Assembly: GCA_030390025.1 (NCBI GenBank)
Contig: CM059433.1
Location: 30,630,001-30,694,000 of the forward strand
DNA: 64,000 bases
Reading direction: 5' to 3'
DNA from: Squalus acanthias
Taxonomy: Eukaryota
The notes below the pieces were generated by a model that saw nothing but the letters and a program-made list of their open reading frames with translations, had not been told where the DNA came from and ran no database searches. Numbering within the stretch: position 1 is the stretch's first letter; each line of letters opens with the position of its first letter. This document shows, in pieces, positions 12,766-24,510 of this stretch. Made by a program: the position numbers and the translations under genes.

Positions 12766-13324
12766 TCTTCGAGATACCTTCTTTTCGAAAGTTGTCAAAA
12801 TATCACAAAACAGTTTTGCTATAAACCAAAATCTAAACTAAAAAAGAATCAAAATGATTAAACGGGTGAATCTAAAAGTTCTGGGGAATCTTTTGTGCGG
12901 CAGCTCTATTACCACTGAAGTAATAAATCTCCGTTTGTCACCCAACATGACTCATAAATCAGCTACCCATGCTGAGCCCAGATAATCTATTAATGCAGCT
13001 GGCAGATATTGTACCATTGGCCGATAATTCTTCATCCACCAAACCTGGCTGAACGTTTTAATTTGCCATGAAATTGCAACAAATTAAGTTCAGTAAAACG
13101 CACGCATAAAAATCAATAACAGTTTTGATAGTTTGAACTTTTAAAGCTTAAGAAAAACAGATTTATTGGATATTTTTAAATGCCTTGTTAGATACTGTCT
13201 TCTGGCAACTGGAAATCTGCCATCATATCAGTTCTGCAATGAAGTACCTTGCATTCAATGTCACATATAATACCGCTGGATAAATCAGCTCAAATTCACG
13301 AATCATAGTATCCATTTATGGTTT

Positions 13325-13493
13325 CTTCCTAAACGTCTCAGTCTCGCTCTCCTCCTCTAAGTCGTTCCTTAATACCTACCTCTTTGACCAAGCTTTTGAA
13401 CACCTGTCCAAATATCTCCTTATGTGGCTCGGTGTCAATTTTTGTCTGATAATCGCTCCTGTGAAACAATTTGCCTCGGGACGTTTTGCTATG
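13325..13493 (+). mobile_element. L2 LINE 3' end (continues at 13801-13810 and 14547-14566)
   Basis: cctacctctttgaccaagctttt..tatgtggctcggtgtca; colinear with intact tail at 51830-52320. Confidence 0.8.
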
Positions 13494-13805
13494 CAGGGGG
13501 TCCAGAAATAGGGGTCATTACTATAAGATAGTCACTAATACATCCAATAGGGAACTCAGGAGAAACTTCTTTATTCAGAGCGGTGAGAATGTGGAACTTG
13601 CTACCACAGGGCGTAATCGAAGCAAATAGTACAGATGCCTTTAAGGGGAACCTAGATAAACACGAGAGAAGAAGGAAAAGAAGATTATGTTGATAGGGTG
13701 AGATGAAGAGAGGTGGGAGGAGATTCATGTGGAGCAGAAACACCGGCATGGACCTGTTGGGCCGAATGGCCTGTTTTTGCACTGTACATTCAATGTAATT
13801 CTATG
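13494..13805 (+). mobile_element. CR1 LINE 3' fragment
   Basis: Same subfamily as 7925-8372; CTATG at both junctions. Confidence 0.85.
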
Positions 13806-13810
13806 TTAAG

Positions 13811-14549
13811 CATAGAAGATAGGAGCAGGAGTAGGCCATTCGGCCCCTTGAGCCTGCTCTGCCATTTAATGAAATCATGGCTGATCATCCAAATTCAGTA
13901 CCCTGTCCCTGCTTTCTCCCCATATCCCTTGATCCCTTTAGCCTTAAGAAATATATCTATCTCCTTCTTGAATATATTTAATGAATTGGCCTCAACTGCC
14001 TTCTGTGGTAGAGAATTCCACAGGCTCACCACTCTCTGGGTGAAGAAATTCCTCCTCATCTCAGTCCTGAATGGCTTACCCTTTATCCTTAGACTGTGAC
14101 CTCTGGTTCTGGACTCCCCCACCATCGGGAACATCCTTCCTGCATCTAGTCTGTCTAGTCCTGTTAGAATTTTATAAGTTTCAATGCGATCCCCTCTCAT
14201 TCTTTGAAACTCTAGCGAATATAAGCCTAATTGACCCAATCTCTCTTCATACGTCATTCCTGCCATCCCAGGTATCAGTCTGGTAAATCTTCGCTGCACT
14301 CCCTCCATGGCAAGAACATCCTTCCTCACATAAGGCGACCAAAACTGCACACAATACTCAAGGTGTGGTCTCACCAAGGCCTTGTACAACTGCAGCAAGA
14401 CATCCTTGCTCCTGTACTCGAATCCTCTCTCTATGAAGGCCAACATACCATTTGCCTTCTTAACCGCCTGCTGCACCTGCATGCTTACCTTCAGCGACTG
14501 GTGCACAAGGACTCCCAGATCTCGTTGCACTTCCCCTTTTCCCAATCTA
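13811..14549 (-). mobile_element. Young CR1 LINE 3' fragment, open ORF2 C-terminus
   Basis: RLGKGEVQRDLGV..GYGEKAGTGY*, nearly identical to 39200 copy. Confidence 0.96.
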
Positions 14550-14566
14550 TATAAATGCAAGTTATT

Positions 14567-15333
14567 GGGCCAGAAATTAGGCACTTGCCGGGTGAGTACG
14601 CACTGTGTACTCACCTGTAAGGCCTCCTGAAGTGCCGGTTTCCTGCATGCACTGCGCATGCGCGGGAAACCGGAACTTCCGGTTTCGTGAAGGGAGGGGT
14701 TCAGAGGTGAACCGCGTGCGTGGTAGAGGCTGCGCGCACGCAGCGAACTTAGGTTTTTTTTCAGGTTTCTCCGGGAAGGTAAGTATGAAGAAGCTGCGCT
14801 TTTAAAAAGGAGGGGCGCAGGACCCGTTTTTAACAAGGTAAGTGGTTAATTAATTACAATTTAAAAATTTTTTCAACAGGTTTATCTTTTTTAGATACTT
14901 TAAAGAAAGGTAAGTTTATTTTTAGCACTGTTAAAAAGTATTTTAATTTTGTCAAAAATTTAAATTTTTGTTTAAAGTAGTTAATTTATTTAACTTACAG
15001 TTATTTTAAAAATGTGATGGTTTTAAAAAAAAATTATTTGAAGTTTAGCTGTTCTTTTGGGGCCGATTTCAATTCATAGATTTGACAGGTCTTCCTGTCA
15101 AATCTATGAATGAAAGATGGTTTGCTGCCATTGGCTCTCCATGACCCACGTGATCCCAGGGGACGCATCGCACTAACTACGCCCCTGGGATACACAAGCA
15201 CTGCGCGCCGGCAGCTGCAGGAGGCCCAGGAGCTGAAGTCCCCGTGGGACCAGGGGTCAACGGCTGGCGTGGTAGGTAGGTGCGCGCATGATCATTGCAC
15301 CCGCGGGAAGCCAGGGAGCCTCATTTCTGGGCC
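14567..15333. mobile_element. PIF/Harbinger-like MITE
   Basis: TIRs GGGCCAGAAATTAGG / CCTCATTTCTGGGCC; ATT/AAT flanks; related in reverse orientation to 26147 and 42514. Confidence 0.8.
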
Positions 15334-15837
15334 AATGTTTACTCCATATGCAAACAGCACAACTCCATTGCACCTGCTATTAATATTTTGCCAATGAAAC
15401 ATAATATGATTTGCAAAGTTTTGTGCCATTTTGCTGCTTCAAACCAAGCTTTTAGTCCTTGCTGTTCTGGGCCCAAGTTATATTCGAGAGAGTACTTTAG
15501 GGGGCACCTGTGCTGCAAATGAGATGACTCACACCCACAGAGCAATGTCACAGAAGATCACATCAAAGATTGACCTGCTTGCACACCCGATGTGAACGTG
15601 TCAATCAGGTCTGTGGAGCTGTTTTCAGTTAATCAGCAGCCAATTTTTATTTTGCAGATGTTTTATCTCACCTCTAAGATAGAAGGTGGGATCATAGGGG
15701 TCAGGAGAAGAGTGAGGAAGTTATTTCTTAGAAGATAAATATCTCTGAGAAGCTAAAGTACGTCATATGTTAGATGTGCAATGTAAAGTTAAAAATAACA
15801 ATCCGGAACTTGCTGCAACGGCGTGATGTTCGACCAG

Positions 15838-17290
15838 CTCCGTCCATCGACCATTTCATCTTCCACCCTCTGTCCATCGACCATTTCATCTTCCTCTCTC
15901 CGTCCATTGACCATTTCATCTTCCACTCTTTGTCCATTGACCATTTCATCTTCCACTCTCCGTCCATTGACCATTTCATCTTCTTCTCTCCATCCATCAA
16001 CCATTTCCTCTTCCACTCTCCGTCCATTGACCATTTCATCTTCCTCTCTCCGTCCATCGAGCATTTCATCTTCCTCTCTCCGTCCATCAACCATTTCATC
16101 TTCCTCTCTCCGTCCATCGACCATTTCATCTTCCTCTCTCCGTCCATTGACCATTTCATCTTCCTCTCTCCGTCCATTGACCATTTCATCTTCCTCTCTC
16201 TGTCCATCGACCATTTCATCTTTCACCCTCCGTCCATCGACCATTTCATCTTCCTCTCTCCGTCCATTGACCATTTCATCTTCCTCTCTCCGTCCATCGA
16301 CCATTTCATCTTCCTCTCTCCGTCCATTGACCATTTCATCTTCCTCTCTCCGTCCATCGACCATTTCATCTTCCTCTCTCCGTCCATCGACCATTTCATC
16401 TTTCACCCTCCGTCCATCGAGCATTTCATCTTCCACCCTCCGTCCATTGACCATTTCATCTTCCTCTCTCCGTCCATCGACCATTTCATCTTCCTCTCTC
16501 CGTCCATTGACCATTTCATCTTCCTCTCTCCGTCCATTGACCATTTCATCTTCCTCTCTCTGTCCATCGACCATTTCATCTTTCACTCTCCGTCCATCGA
16601 CCATTTCATCTTTCACTCTCCGTCCATTGACCATTTCATCTTCCTCTCTCCGTCCATCGACCATTTCATCTTCCTCTCTCCGTCCATCGACCATTTCATC
16701 TTCCGCTCTCCGTCCATCTACCATTTCATCTTTCACTCTCCGTCCATTGACCATTTCATCTTCCTCTCTCCGTCCATCGACCATTTCATCTTCCTCTCTC
16801 CGTCCATTGATCATTTCATCTTCCTCTCTCTGTCCATTGACCATTTCATCTTCCTCTCTCTGTCCATCGACCATTTCATCTTTCACTCTCCGTCCATTGA
16901 CCATTTCATCTTCCTCTCTCCGTCCATCGACCATTTCATCTTCCGCTCTCCGTCCATCTACCATTTCATCTTTCACTCTCCGTCCATTGACCATTTCATC
17001 TTCCTCTCTCCGTCCATCGACCATTTCATCTTCCGCTCTCCGTCCATCGAGCATTTCCTCTTCCTTTCTCCGTCCATCGAGCATTTCCTCTTCCTTTCTC
17101 CGTCCACTGACTCTTTCCTCTCCCCGTCCATTGACAATTTCATCTTCCTCTCTCCGTCCATCGACCATTTCATCTTCCGCTCTCCGTCCATCGAGCATTT
17201 CCTCTTCCTTTCTCCGTCCATCGAGCATTTCCTCTTCCTTTCTCCGTCCACTGACTCTTTCCTCTCTCCGTCCACTGACTCTTTCCTCTC
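15838..17290. repeat. 30-bp tandem repeat (CTCCGTCCATCGACCATTTCATCTTCCTCT), roughly 48 units
   Basis: Exact 30-nt register from 15838 to ~17100; 24-nt variant units near the right end. Confidence 0.99.
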
Positions 17291-17310
17291 TGTGACCCTC
17301 AACCATTTGC

Positions 17311-18244
17311 GCTCTCCGTCGATCGGGAGTTTGTCCTCTCCGTCGATCGGGAGTTTGCTCTCTCCGGCCGTTCGGGAGTTTGCCTCTCCGTCGATCGGAA
17401 GTTGCGCTCTCCGGCGATCGGGAGTTTGTCCTCTCCTCGATCGTACCATCAAGCGGGAGTTTGGGTGGTTGTCCTCTCCGTCGATCGGGAGTTTGTCCTC
17501 TCTCCGGCGATCGGATTTTGTCCCTCTCCTCGATCGGAGTTTGTCCTCTCCGTCATCGGGAGTTTGCTCTCTCCGTCGATTGGAAGTTTTGTTCTCTCCA
17601 TCGATCGGGAAGTTTTGCACTCTCCTCATCGGGAGTTTGCTCTCTCCGTCGATCGGAGTAGCTCTCTCCGTCGATCGGGATTTGTCCTCTCCGTCGATCG
17701 AGTTTGTCCTCTCCGTCGTCGGGAAGTTTGCTCTCTCTCGTCGATCGGGAGTTTGCTCTCTCCGTCGATCGGGAGTTTGCTCTCTCCGTCGATCGGGAGT
17801 TTGCTCTCTCCGTCGATCGGGAGTTTGCTCTCTCTCCGTCGATCGGGAGTTGGCTTCTCGTCGATCGGGAGTTTGTCCTCTCCGTCGATCGGGAGTTTGC
17901 TCTCTCCGTCGATCGGGAGTTTGCTCTCTCCGTCGATCGGGAGTTTGCTCTCTCCGTCGATCGGGAGTTTGTCCTCTCCGTCGATCGGAAGTTTGCCCTC
18001 TCCGTCGTCGGGAGTTTGTCCTCTCCATCGATCGGGAGTTTGCTCTCTCCGTCGATCGGGAGTTTGTCCTCTCCGTCGATCGGGAGTTTGTCCTCTCCGT
18101 CGATCGGGAGTTTGCTCTCTCCGTCGATCGGGAGTTTGTCCTCTCCGTTGATCGGGAGTTTGCTCTCTCCGTCGATCGGGAGTTTGTCCTCTCCGTCGAT
18201 CGGGAATTTGCTCTCTCCGTCGATCGGGAATTTGCTCTCTCCGT
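17311..18244. repeat. 24-bp CpG-rich tandem repeat (TTTG[TC/CT]CTCTCCGTCGATCGGGAG), roughly 39 units
   Basis: Direct reading; 8-aa periodicity in the ORF track. Confidence 0.99.
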
Positions 18245-18603
18245 TTCTCTTGCATTATACTTACTCCGAGATTTGCTGGCAATCGATCCAATGGCTATGG
18301 CTGCTCAATCACCAACCAGGGACTTCGTTCATGGTGCAGCCAAGGGCGAATCACGCAGACCAACCACACAGCTCTATAAAAAGCCGAGAACAGGTACCAC
18401 AATGCATTGAGGCTTGGCACTGGAAGGGAAGGAACTACACAGAACTATACAACACAGAAAGAAGCCATTCGACCCAATGTGCCTGTGCCGGCTCATGTGA
18501 AATCACCTTAAATTCAATTTTTTAAAGTTAATTTAAGTTAAAACAAATTGTAAAACACTGTAAAAAGATAATTGTCAGTGCCTGCACATCCCCTTTTCCA
18601 CAG

Positions 18604-18814
18604 AGATGTGACAAGAAGCGTCCAAAAAATTGTTTGCAGGACTTTGGCGATGAGGACTTTCTATTGGATGATGTCGACTTTGGCATGACTGGCTGCCTGG
18701 GAACTCCAAGGGTAGGTGATGCTTACAAGGTGTGCAAGGTCATGTGGAGAGAGCTGGCTCAGATCGAGTGACCGGTGCTGCAAGAAGTACAACGACCTCA
18801 CCAGGACAGTCAAG
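18604..18814 (+). pseudogene. Degenerate Myb/SANT-like exon of a Harbinger-type transposon
   Basis: FGDEDFLLDDV..MWRELAQ then frameshift to CCKKYNDLTRTVK|GT. Confidence 0.6.
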
Positions 18815-19225
18815 GTAAACATAAATTCAGAATTTTATTAAAAGTAATTGATAATCAAATGTTGTCTGTCTCAGTGGCAATCTTGTTTTTAAAGAAAGGC
18901 TCAGGCTTGTAAAGGAGTTGTGCTTTCAATTCAGTGCTTGAAGAGGCCAGGGACCATCTAGTGCTCTCAAGCTGAGATGTGTTTATTTAGCTCAGGGTAG
19001 AACCCATAGGCAATTCACTCATAAAAGTCTGTTGCCTGGGGCAACAGCCTTTTCAAAGTTGCTGCTGATGAACTTGACAGCTTCAAGTCTCAAGAAAAAA
19101 AACCCACTGCCATGCCTGCAAAGTCTCCCATCCTTTCAACATCTTGCTCACCAACTCATCTAATAAGACCACACTCAATCCCCCGTCCCTTCAACATCTG
19201 CTCCTCTCGCACATCAACTCACCTA

Positions 19226-19745
19226 TTAAGACCACACTTGGAGTACTGTGCACAGTTCTGGTCTCCATATTACAAAAAGGATATAGAAGCACTGGAGAAA
19301 GTGCAAAAAAGATTTATAAGGATGATACCAGAACTGAGAGGAAAGACAGAACAGGCTGGGGCTCTTTTCTCTGGTAAAGAGAAAACTTAGAGGTGACCTG
19401 ATAGAGGTCTTTAAAATTATGTAGGTGTTCGATAGAGTAGACGTAGAGAAAATGTTGCTACTTGTGGGCGAGACCAGAACTAGGGGCCATAAATATAAGG
19501 TAGTCACTGATAAATCCAATGACGAATTCAGGGGAAATTCTTTACCCAGAGAGTGGTTAGAATGTGGAACTCGCTGACACATGGAGTAGTTGAGGTGAAT
19601 AGCATAGATGCATTTAAGGGGAAGCTAGCTAAGTACATGAGGGAGGAAGGAATAGAGGGATATGTTGATAGGGTGAGATGAAGTAAGGTGGGAGGAGGCT
19701 CGTGTGGAGCATAAACACTGGCATGGACCAGTTGGGCCAACTGGT
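19226..19745 (+). mobile_element. CR1 LINE 3' fragment
   Basis: [29 protein letters not shown]. Confidence 0.9.
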
Positions 19746-19800
19746 GACGTGCAGTCTGTGCACACAGAGCTCCTCAGACAGCACCTCTAATGACAAACTG

Positions 19801-19871
19801 TGGTGGTGGTGGGGGGGGGGGGGGGGGGGGGGGGTGGGGGGGTGCGGGGTGGAAGTGGTGGGTAGTAGGGA
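19801..19871 (+). repeat. (TGG)n / poly-G tract
   Basis: Run of more than 20 G with flanking GG runs. Confidence 0.9.
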
Positions 19872-20258
19872 GGTCAGTTCAGTCTCTGGCCATGGTACCT
19901 CAAGCACCATGACGCCACCCTCTGCTCCTCTTCCAGGTAATTCAATGATTAGCAAGAAAAGCAGAATGCCCAGTCGCTAGGCCATTGCAATGTTGTCACC
20001 TTCTTAATGTGTAGAAAGAGGTGGTGGGGGTGGGGTGAGGAGGGTTCCTGAAATGAATTACCTTCAGACAGTAACAGGACTTTGGATGGAAAAACTGGCA
20101 AGAAAAGACTGCCAGACAGAGAGAAATGGAAAAAAACCTCTGAAAACATTTTCTAGACTGCTGGGGTCAGGCTCCTCAGCTTTAATGGTCTTTTCTAAGC
20201 GGTCTTAGAATCAAATGAGGGCCATAAATCACTTCAATGCCAGGTCACCAACGACACT

Positions 20259-20862
20259 GGCCTGGATTTTGCGGTCAGCAGTGAAGGAATGGTGCTCGCC
20301 GTTCATTACACTTATAGCTGCCCACAGACTTTTCTTGGGCTTTTGAGGGGCAACTTACGGTTACTAGAGATCCATTTCAGCGCGGCGCCCTCTACAAGGG
20401 ATCTGTGGCAGGGGTGAGCAGGTCAAGCAACAGCGCGGCTCTTCAACCAATAAGATTGAAGAATTCTCATTGAGCCATGCAGAGTCTAAACCAGGAAGTA
20501 TAAATTACATTTAATTCATTGTAAAATCATGTACAGAAAGCAAAATAAAGAGAGGGAAAGAAAGATGGGATTAAGAGAGATAAAAGAGACAGAAAGAAAA
20601 TGTAAAAAAAAATTTAATTTTAAATCTCCAACAATAATTCAATTCTGAAGGAATGAGACACCAAACTTGTAAAATTAAATTTTCAGTGACAGAGAGGTTA
20701 AGTGACAGCACTTAACAGAGAGGTTAAGTGTCTTATCACATTGTTAAAAATTCACATATACTTGAATGGACAAGCCTTAACGTTTCTGGCGTGTTTAGTG
20801 GGTATCTAGTGGGTAAGTGCAGAAACTTCACGTCTCTCATAGTTTAGTGCAAATTCCAGCCC
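20259..20862. mobile_element. Older Harbinger-like MITE
   Basis: Ends GGCCTGGATTTT / AAATTCCAGCCC, same TIR type as 45123. Confidence 0.6.
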
Positions 20863-21029
20863 AATAAAAACAGGAGGGAGAGAATGGCAATAAGCCAGAA
20901 TCGGTACAAAGAGAGAAGCCGTGATGAGCAGAGGCCCAGTGTTTAAAATGATATATTTTGAGAGTTTTTACAGTACAGGATTGAGTTTAAGCTACTCCTG
21001 CCATACAACTACTGTTTGTTTCAACATCA

Positions 21030-21153
21030 GCTGTGCGCAAATTGGCTGCCGCGTTTCCTACATTACAACCGCAACTGCACTTCAAGAGTACTTCATTGGC
21101 TGTAAAGCATTTTGGGACTCCCTGAGGTGGCGAAAGTCTTTCTTTCTTCTTTC
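21030..21153 (+). mobile_element. DeuSINE 3' fragment
   Basis: gctgtgcgcaaattggctgccgcgtttcctacattac. Confidence 0.85.
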
Positions 21154-21545
21154 ATGGCTGCACCTCAGAACAAGGAGCATTAGTCAGCAACTAAAAGTCT
21201 TCAAAATACGTTATAACAAATAAAGTTATATAGACCAGTAACCGTGACAATTACAAGCTTAAAGGTGCACATTCATCAAGGTTTACATGCACTGGAGTCA
21301 GTTTTAATTCCCAGCTTACCCTGAAACCACATGAGACAGGCCATGATAAATGTACATTTTCTGAATCACTATAGCCTAACTAATTAGTACTCTATTTTTC
21401 CATACACAAACTTTCTCTATTTTGTCTCTTTATATATATTTGCTGACTTCTTGTTGTTCATAATGTAATGTGTTTCATAGGAACATAAAAAAACAGGGGG
21501 AGGCCATTCAGCCTCTCAGGCCTGCTCTGCTATTCATTTAGCCAT

Positions 21546-21845
21546 GATGTGGAGATGCCGGTGTTGGACTGGGGTGGACAAATGTGAGAAGTCGCACAAC
21601 ACCAGGTTATAGTCCAACAGCTTTATTTGAAATCACAAGCTTTCGGAGCGCTGCTCCTTCATCAGGTGAAGTGAAGAGATGCATATAGGCACAGCATATA
21701 TAGTCAGAGAACACTGCCAGATGATTACAGTTAATCTTTCCAACTGCCCTTTATCACACCTCGGCAGAGAGATAATCGCGGCAATCAAAGGTGTGGATGG
21801 TGTCCAAACAGGTCAGTCAGGAAAACATTACATCAAAGACAATGT
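21546..21845 (-). mobile_element. Penelope-like element terminal fragment (family A)
   Basis: First ~115 nt almost identical to 7647-7762; AATAAA on minus strand downstream of hammerhead motif. Confidence 0.75.
21633..21669 (-). ncRNA. Minimal type I hammerhead ribozyme motif, intact
   Basis: Minus strand: tcac-CTGATGA-a-ggagc agc gctcc-GAAA-gc-TT-gtga; stems I and II pair fully. Confidence 0.8.
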
Positions 21846-22337
21846 GATCATGGCTGATCGACACCTCAAATCCATCTCCTCACTTTTGTGCTATATCCTT
21901 TGATACACTTGCCCAACAAAAACCTATTCATCTTAGTCTTGAAAGCTCCGATTGACCTCCAGCATCCGCAGCCTTTTGAGGAAGAGCGTTCCAGATTTCT
22001 GCTATCCTTTGTGTAAATAAATGCTTCCTGATTTCGCTGCTGAATGGCCGAGCTCTAATTTTAAGGTTATGCCCCCTTTTCCTGGTCTCCCCCCACCAGA
22101 GGATATAGTTTCTCTGTATCCACCCTATGAAATCTTTTTAACATTTTAAACATTTCGATCACATCACCCCTCAATAATCTATACTCAAGGGAATACATGT
22201 CAAGTTTATGCATCAGTGTAGAGTAATGGAACACGTTCCCACTCTTGTAGCTCGAGTGCCTATGTTTTGCACCTGTGTCCAGCAAGGCTCTGTGAGAGCA
22301 AGATGCCTTGCAATATCTGCCCATTGGTCACATATAT

Positions 22338-22785
22338 AAAGAAAGAACTTAAATTTCTATAGCGCCTATCTCGACCTCAGGACGTCCCAAAGTGCTTCAC
22401 AGCCAATGAAGTACTTTTGAAGTGTAGTCACTTTTGTAATGTAGGGAAAATGCAGCAGCAATTTGTGCACAGCGAGGTCCCAGAAACAAGAATGAGATAA
22501 ATAACCAGATAACTGGCTTTCGTGATGTTGATTGAGGGATAAATGTTGGCCAGAAAACCGGGGAGAACTCCTCTGCTCTTCTTCAAAATAGTGCCGTGGG
22601 ATCTTTTACGTCCACCTGAGAGTGGCCTCGGTTTAACGGCTCATCCGAAAGACATCACCTCCGACAGTGCAGCAGTACCTCAGGACTGCAGTGGGTGTGT
22701 CAGCCGAGATTTTATGCTCAAATCTCAGGAGTGAGGCTTGAACCCATGACCGTGTAACTCAGTGGTGAGAGTGCTACCAGCTGAG
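22338..22785 (-). mobile_element. DeuSINE, near full length
   Basis: Reverse complement of 928-1373 family. Confidence 0.88.
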
Positions 22786-23437
22786 TAGTGCTTCCAACAA
22801 GCAGTGCTATTTTAGTGCAATCACGGACCCATATCTAACTGACTAAACTTATTTGCTGGGCCATAAGGGACAGATAAGCATATTTTGCTGCAATGATTAC
22901 TGATGTCACCCATATCCCCAAAACACACAAAAAAATAATAATCAGGGACTGTTGGCATTCGATTTCTCAACTAAAGCTTCCTGTGAGCTTAAGGTGCTTG
23001 ACGAGGGAATCAGCCCTTAAATATCAGCTCTCAATCAAAGTTCATTCATGTCTTCTAGTTCTGCAGTCCTGTGCTTGTTGCCATGGTTATGAATACAGCG
23101 AGTGTTTTGTTTTGATTTATTGGATTTGCTTTTTAAGAATAGCCCTACAAGCCTTAAGGTATCCTTTGGTCCCCAGATCTTCATGGTCAAAACAATAGGA
23201 TGTACTTTGATCCACAATAACTGTAACATAGAGTGTCGCAGTGTAAGCCAGGAACCAATTAAGGTAGCTTGCAAAAGAAAAAGTCTAATTATCAGAAGCT
23301 CTCTGGAACTCAGGGCTGTAAAACACTATTGGCCTCAACATTTACTGCAAATAAAAGCAAAACGGAGGCAAAATAAATAATTTCACATCCTCTCACCAAG
23401 TAAAACTCTCCAATACTCCCAACAGCCTTAACCGGTT

Positions 23438-23653
23438 ATAAAAACAGAAAATGCTGGAAATACTCAGCAGGTCAGGCAGCATCTGTGGAGAGAGAAACAC
23501 AGTTAACGTTTCAGGTCGATGACCCTTCATCATCGACCTGAAACGTTAACTCTGTTTCTCTCTCCACAGATGCTGCCAGACCTGCTGAGTATTTCCACCA
23601 TTTTCTGTTTTTATTTCAGATTTCCAGCATCCGCAGTATTTTGCTTTTGTATT
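23438..23653. mobile_element. Penelope-like element terminal fragment (family B), fold-back copy
   Basis: ~85-bp inverted arms (23438-23522 / 23530-23614); homologous to 37940-38041. Confidence 0.72.
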
Positions 23654-23657
23654 AGCC

Positions 23658-24311
23658 TTAGTTAGGCATTTTTCCCATTTTGAGCCTTCTGCTGCGGGCT
23701 TCCCGACGTCGGGGAACCCCACCAGGGTAAGTAAGGTGTGCTGTGGGTCTGTTGTTATGTTAGTGTTTGGATGACAGCTGCAGAAGTGGTGTGATGGATG
23801 CAAAGTGACAATGGTTAGTATCAGAGGTAAGGAAAAGTTATGAAAGTAATTTTTAATGTGTTTAGATGTTTCTGCAGGTGACAAGCTGTGAAGTGTTTGT
23901 GTAGCCTCATCTCATCGGGAGAAGTGACAGATGGCTTCTGCAATCTCAGCTGCAGCTGCCATCAGTTTTATCCTAAGGAGTGAGTAATTGGAGAGCCTAG
24001 GTACAAGGGCTCACCTTTGGACAGTGATTGTCAGTATTTGACAGCATCTCAATGCTGTCAAACACTGTCAAATCATCTGTCAAACAAGTGCGGTGCATAT
24101 GCCTTTAAGAAAACCAGCAGATGAAGCGTCATCAACTGACGTCATCTGACACTGGCTTTCCCTTAATTGGCCGGCAAGCCTGCAGGGCGGGGTTAACAAG
24201 GCCAATCAGGGAAAAATAGCGTCTGTTCATCAGACGTCGCTGGGGGCGGGACTAGAACCCGGAAGGCAGCAGTCCCGCCCCCACCTCGTCTCGGTAAGTA
24301 AAATCCAGCCC
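23658..24311. mobile_element. Harbinger-like MITE, left end missing (family of 3817-4682)
   Basis: Colinear with 4030-4680; ends AAAATCCAGCCC. Confidence 0.8.
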
Positions 24312-24510
24312 AACGGGATGGGGCCAATTAAATGGGGAGTGTCACAATCGGGGAACAAAAATTCTGAGGGCCTCAAAGGACATTTTGACTCATTAGGAGT
24401 CTTTACCGATGCTGAAGGGAGAAGGAACTAAGTGATAGGCAAAAATAATGGGAAGGGCCACCTAATGAGTCTGCAGGCAAGTCCAGCACCCGAGCCTCTC
24501 TTGGCTGGCT

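Larger units (their letters stand above)
21476..22212 (-). mobile_element. CR1 LINE 3' fragment interrupted by a Penelope-like piece
   Basis: cataggaacata tail; 3' UTR resumes at ~21846 gatcatggctgatc. Confidence 0.85.

Noticed and set aside
15838..18244. CRISPR array
   Set aside because: Units are contiguous with no unique spacers; no cas genes; vertebrate context
15774..18410. 878-aa ORF and overlapping ORFs as real genes
   Set aside because: Fully explained by stop-poor tandem units with lengths divisible by three; open in several frames and on both strands at once; no domain
23438..23614. miRNA precursor or MITE
   Set aside because: The arms match the non-inverted repeat at 37940 and the structure is asymmetric, fitting a fold-back retroelement end
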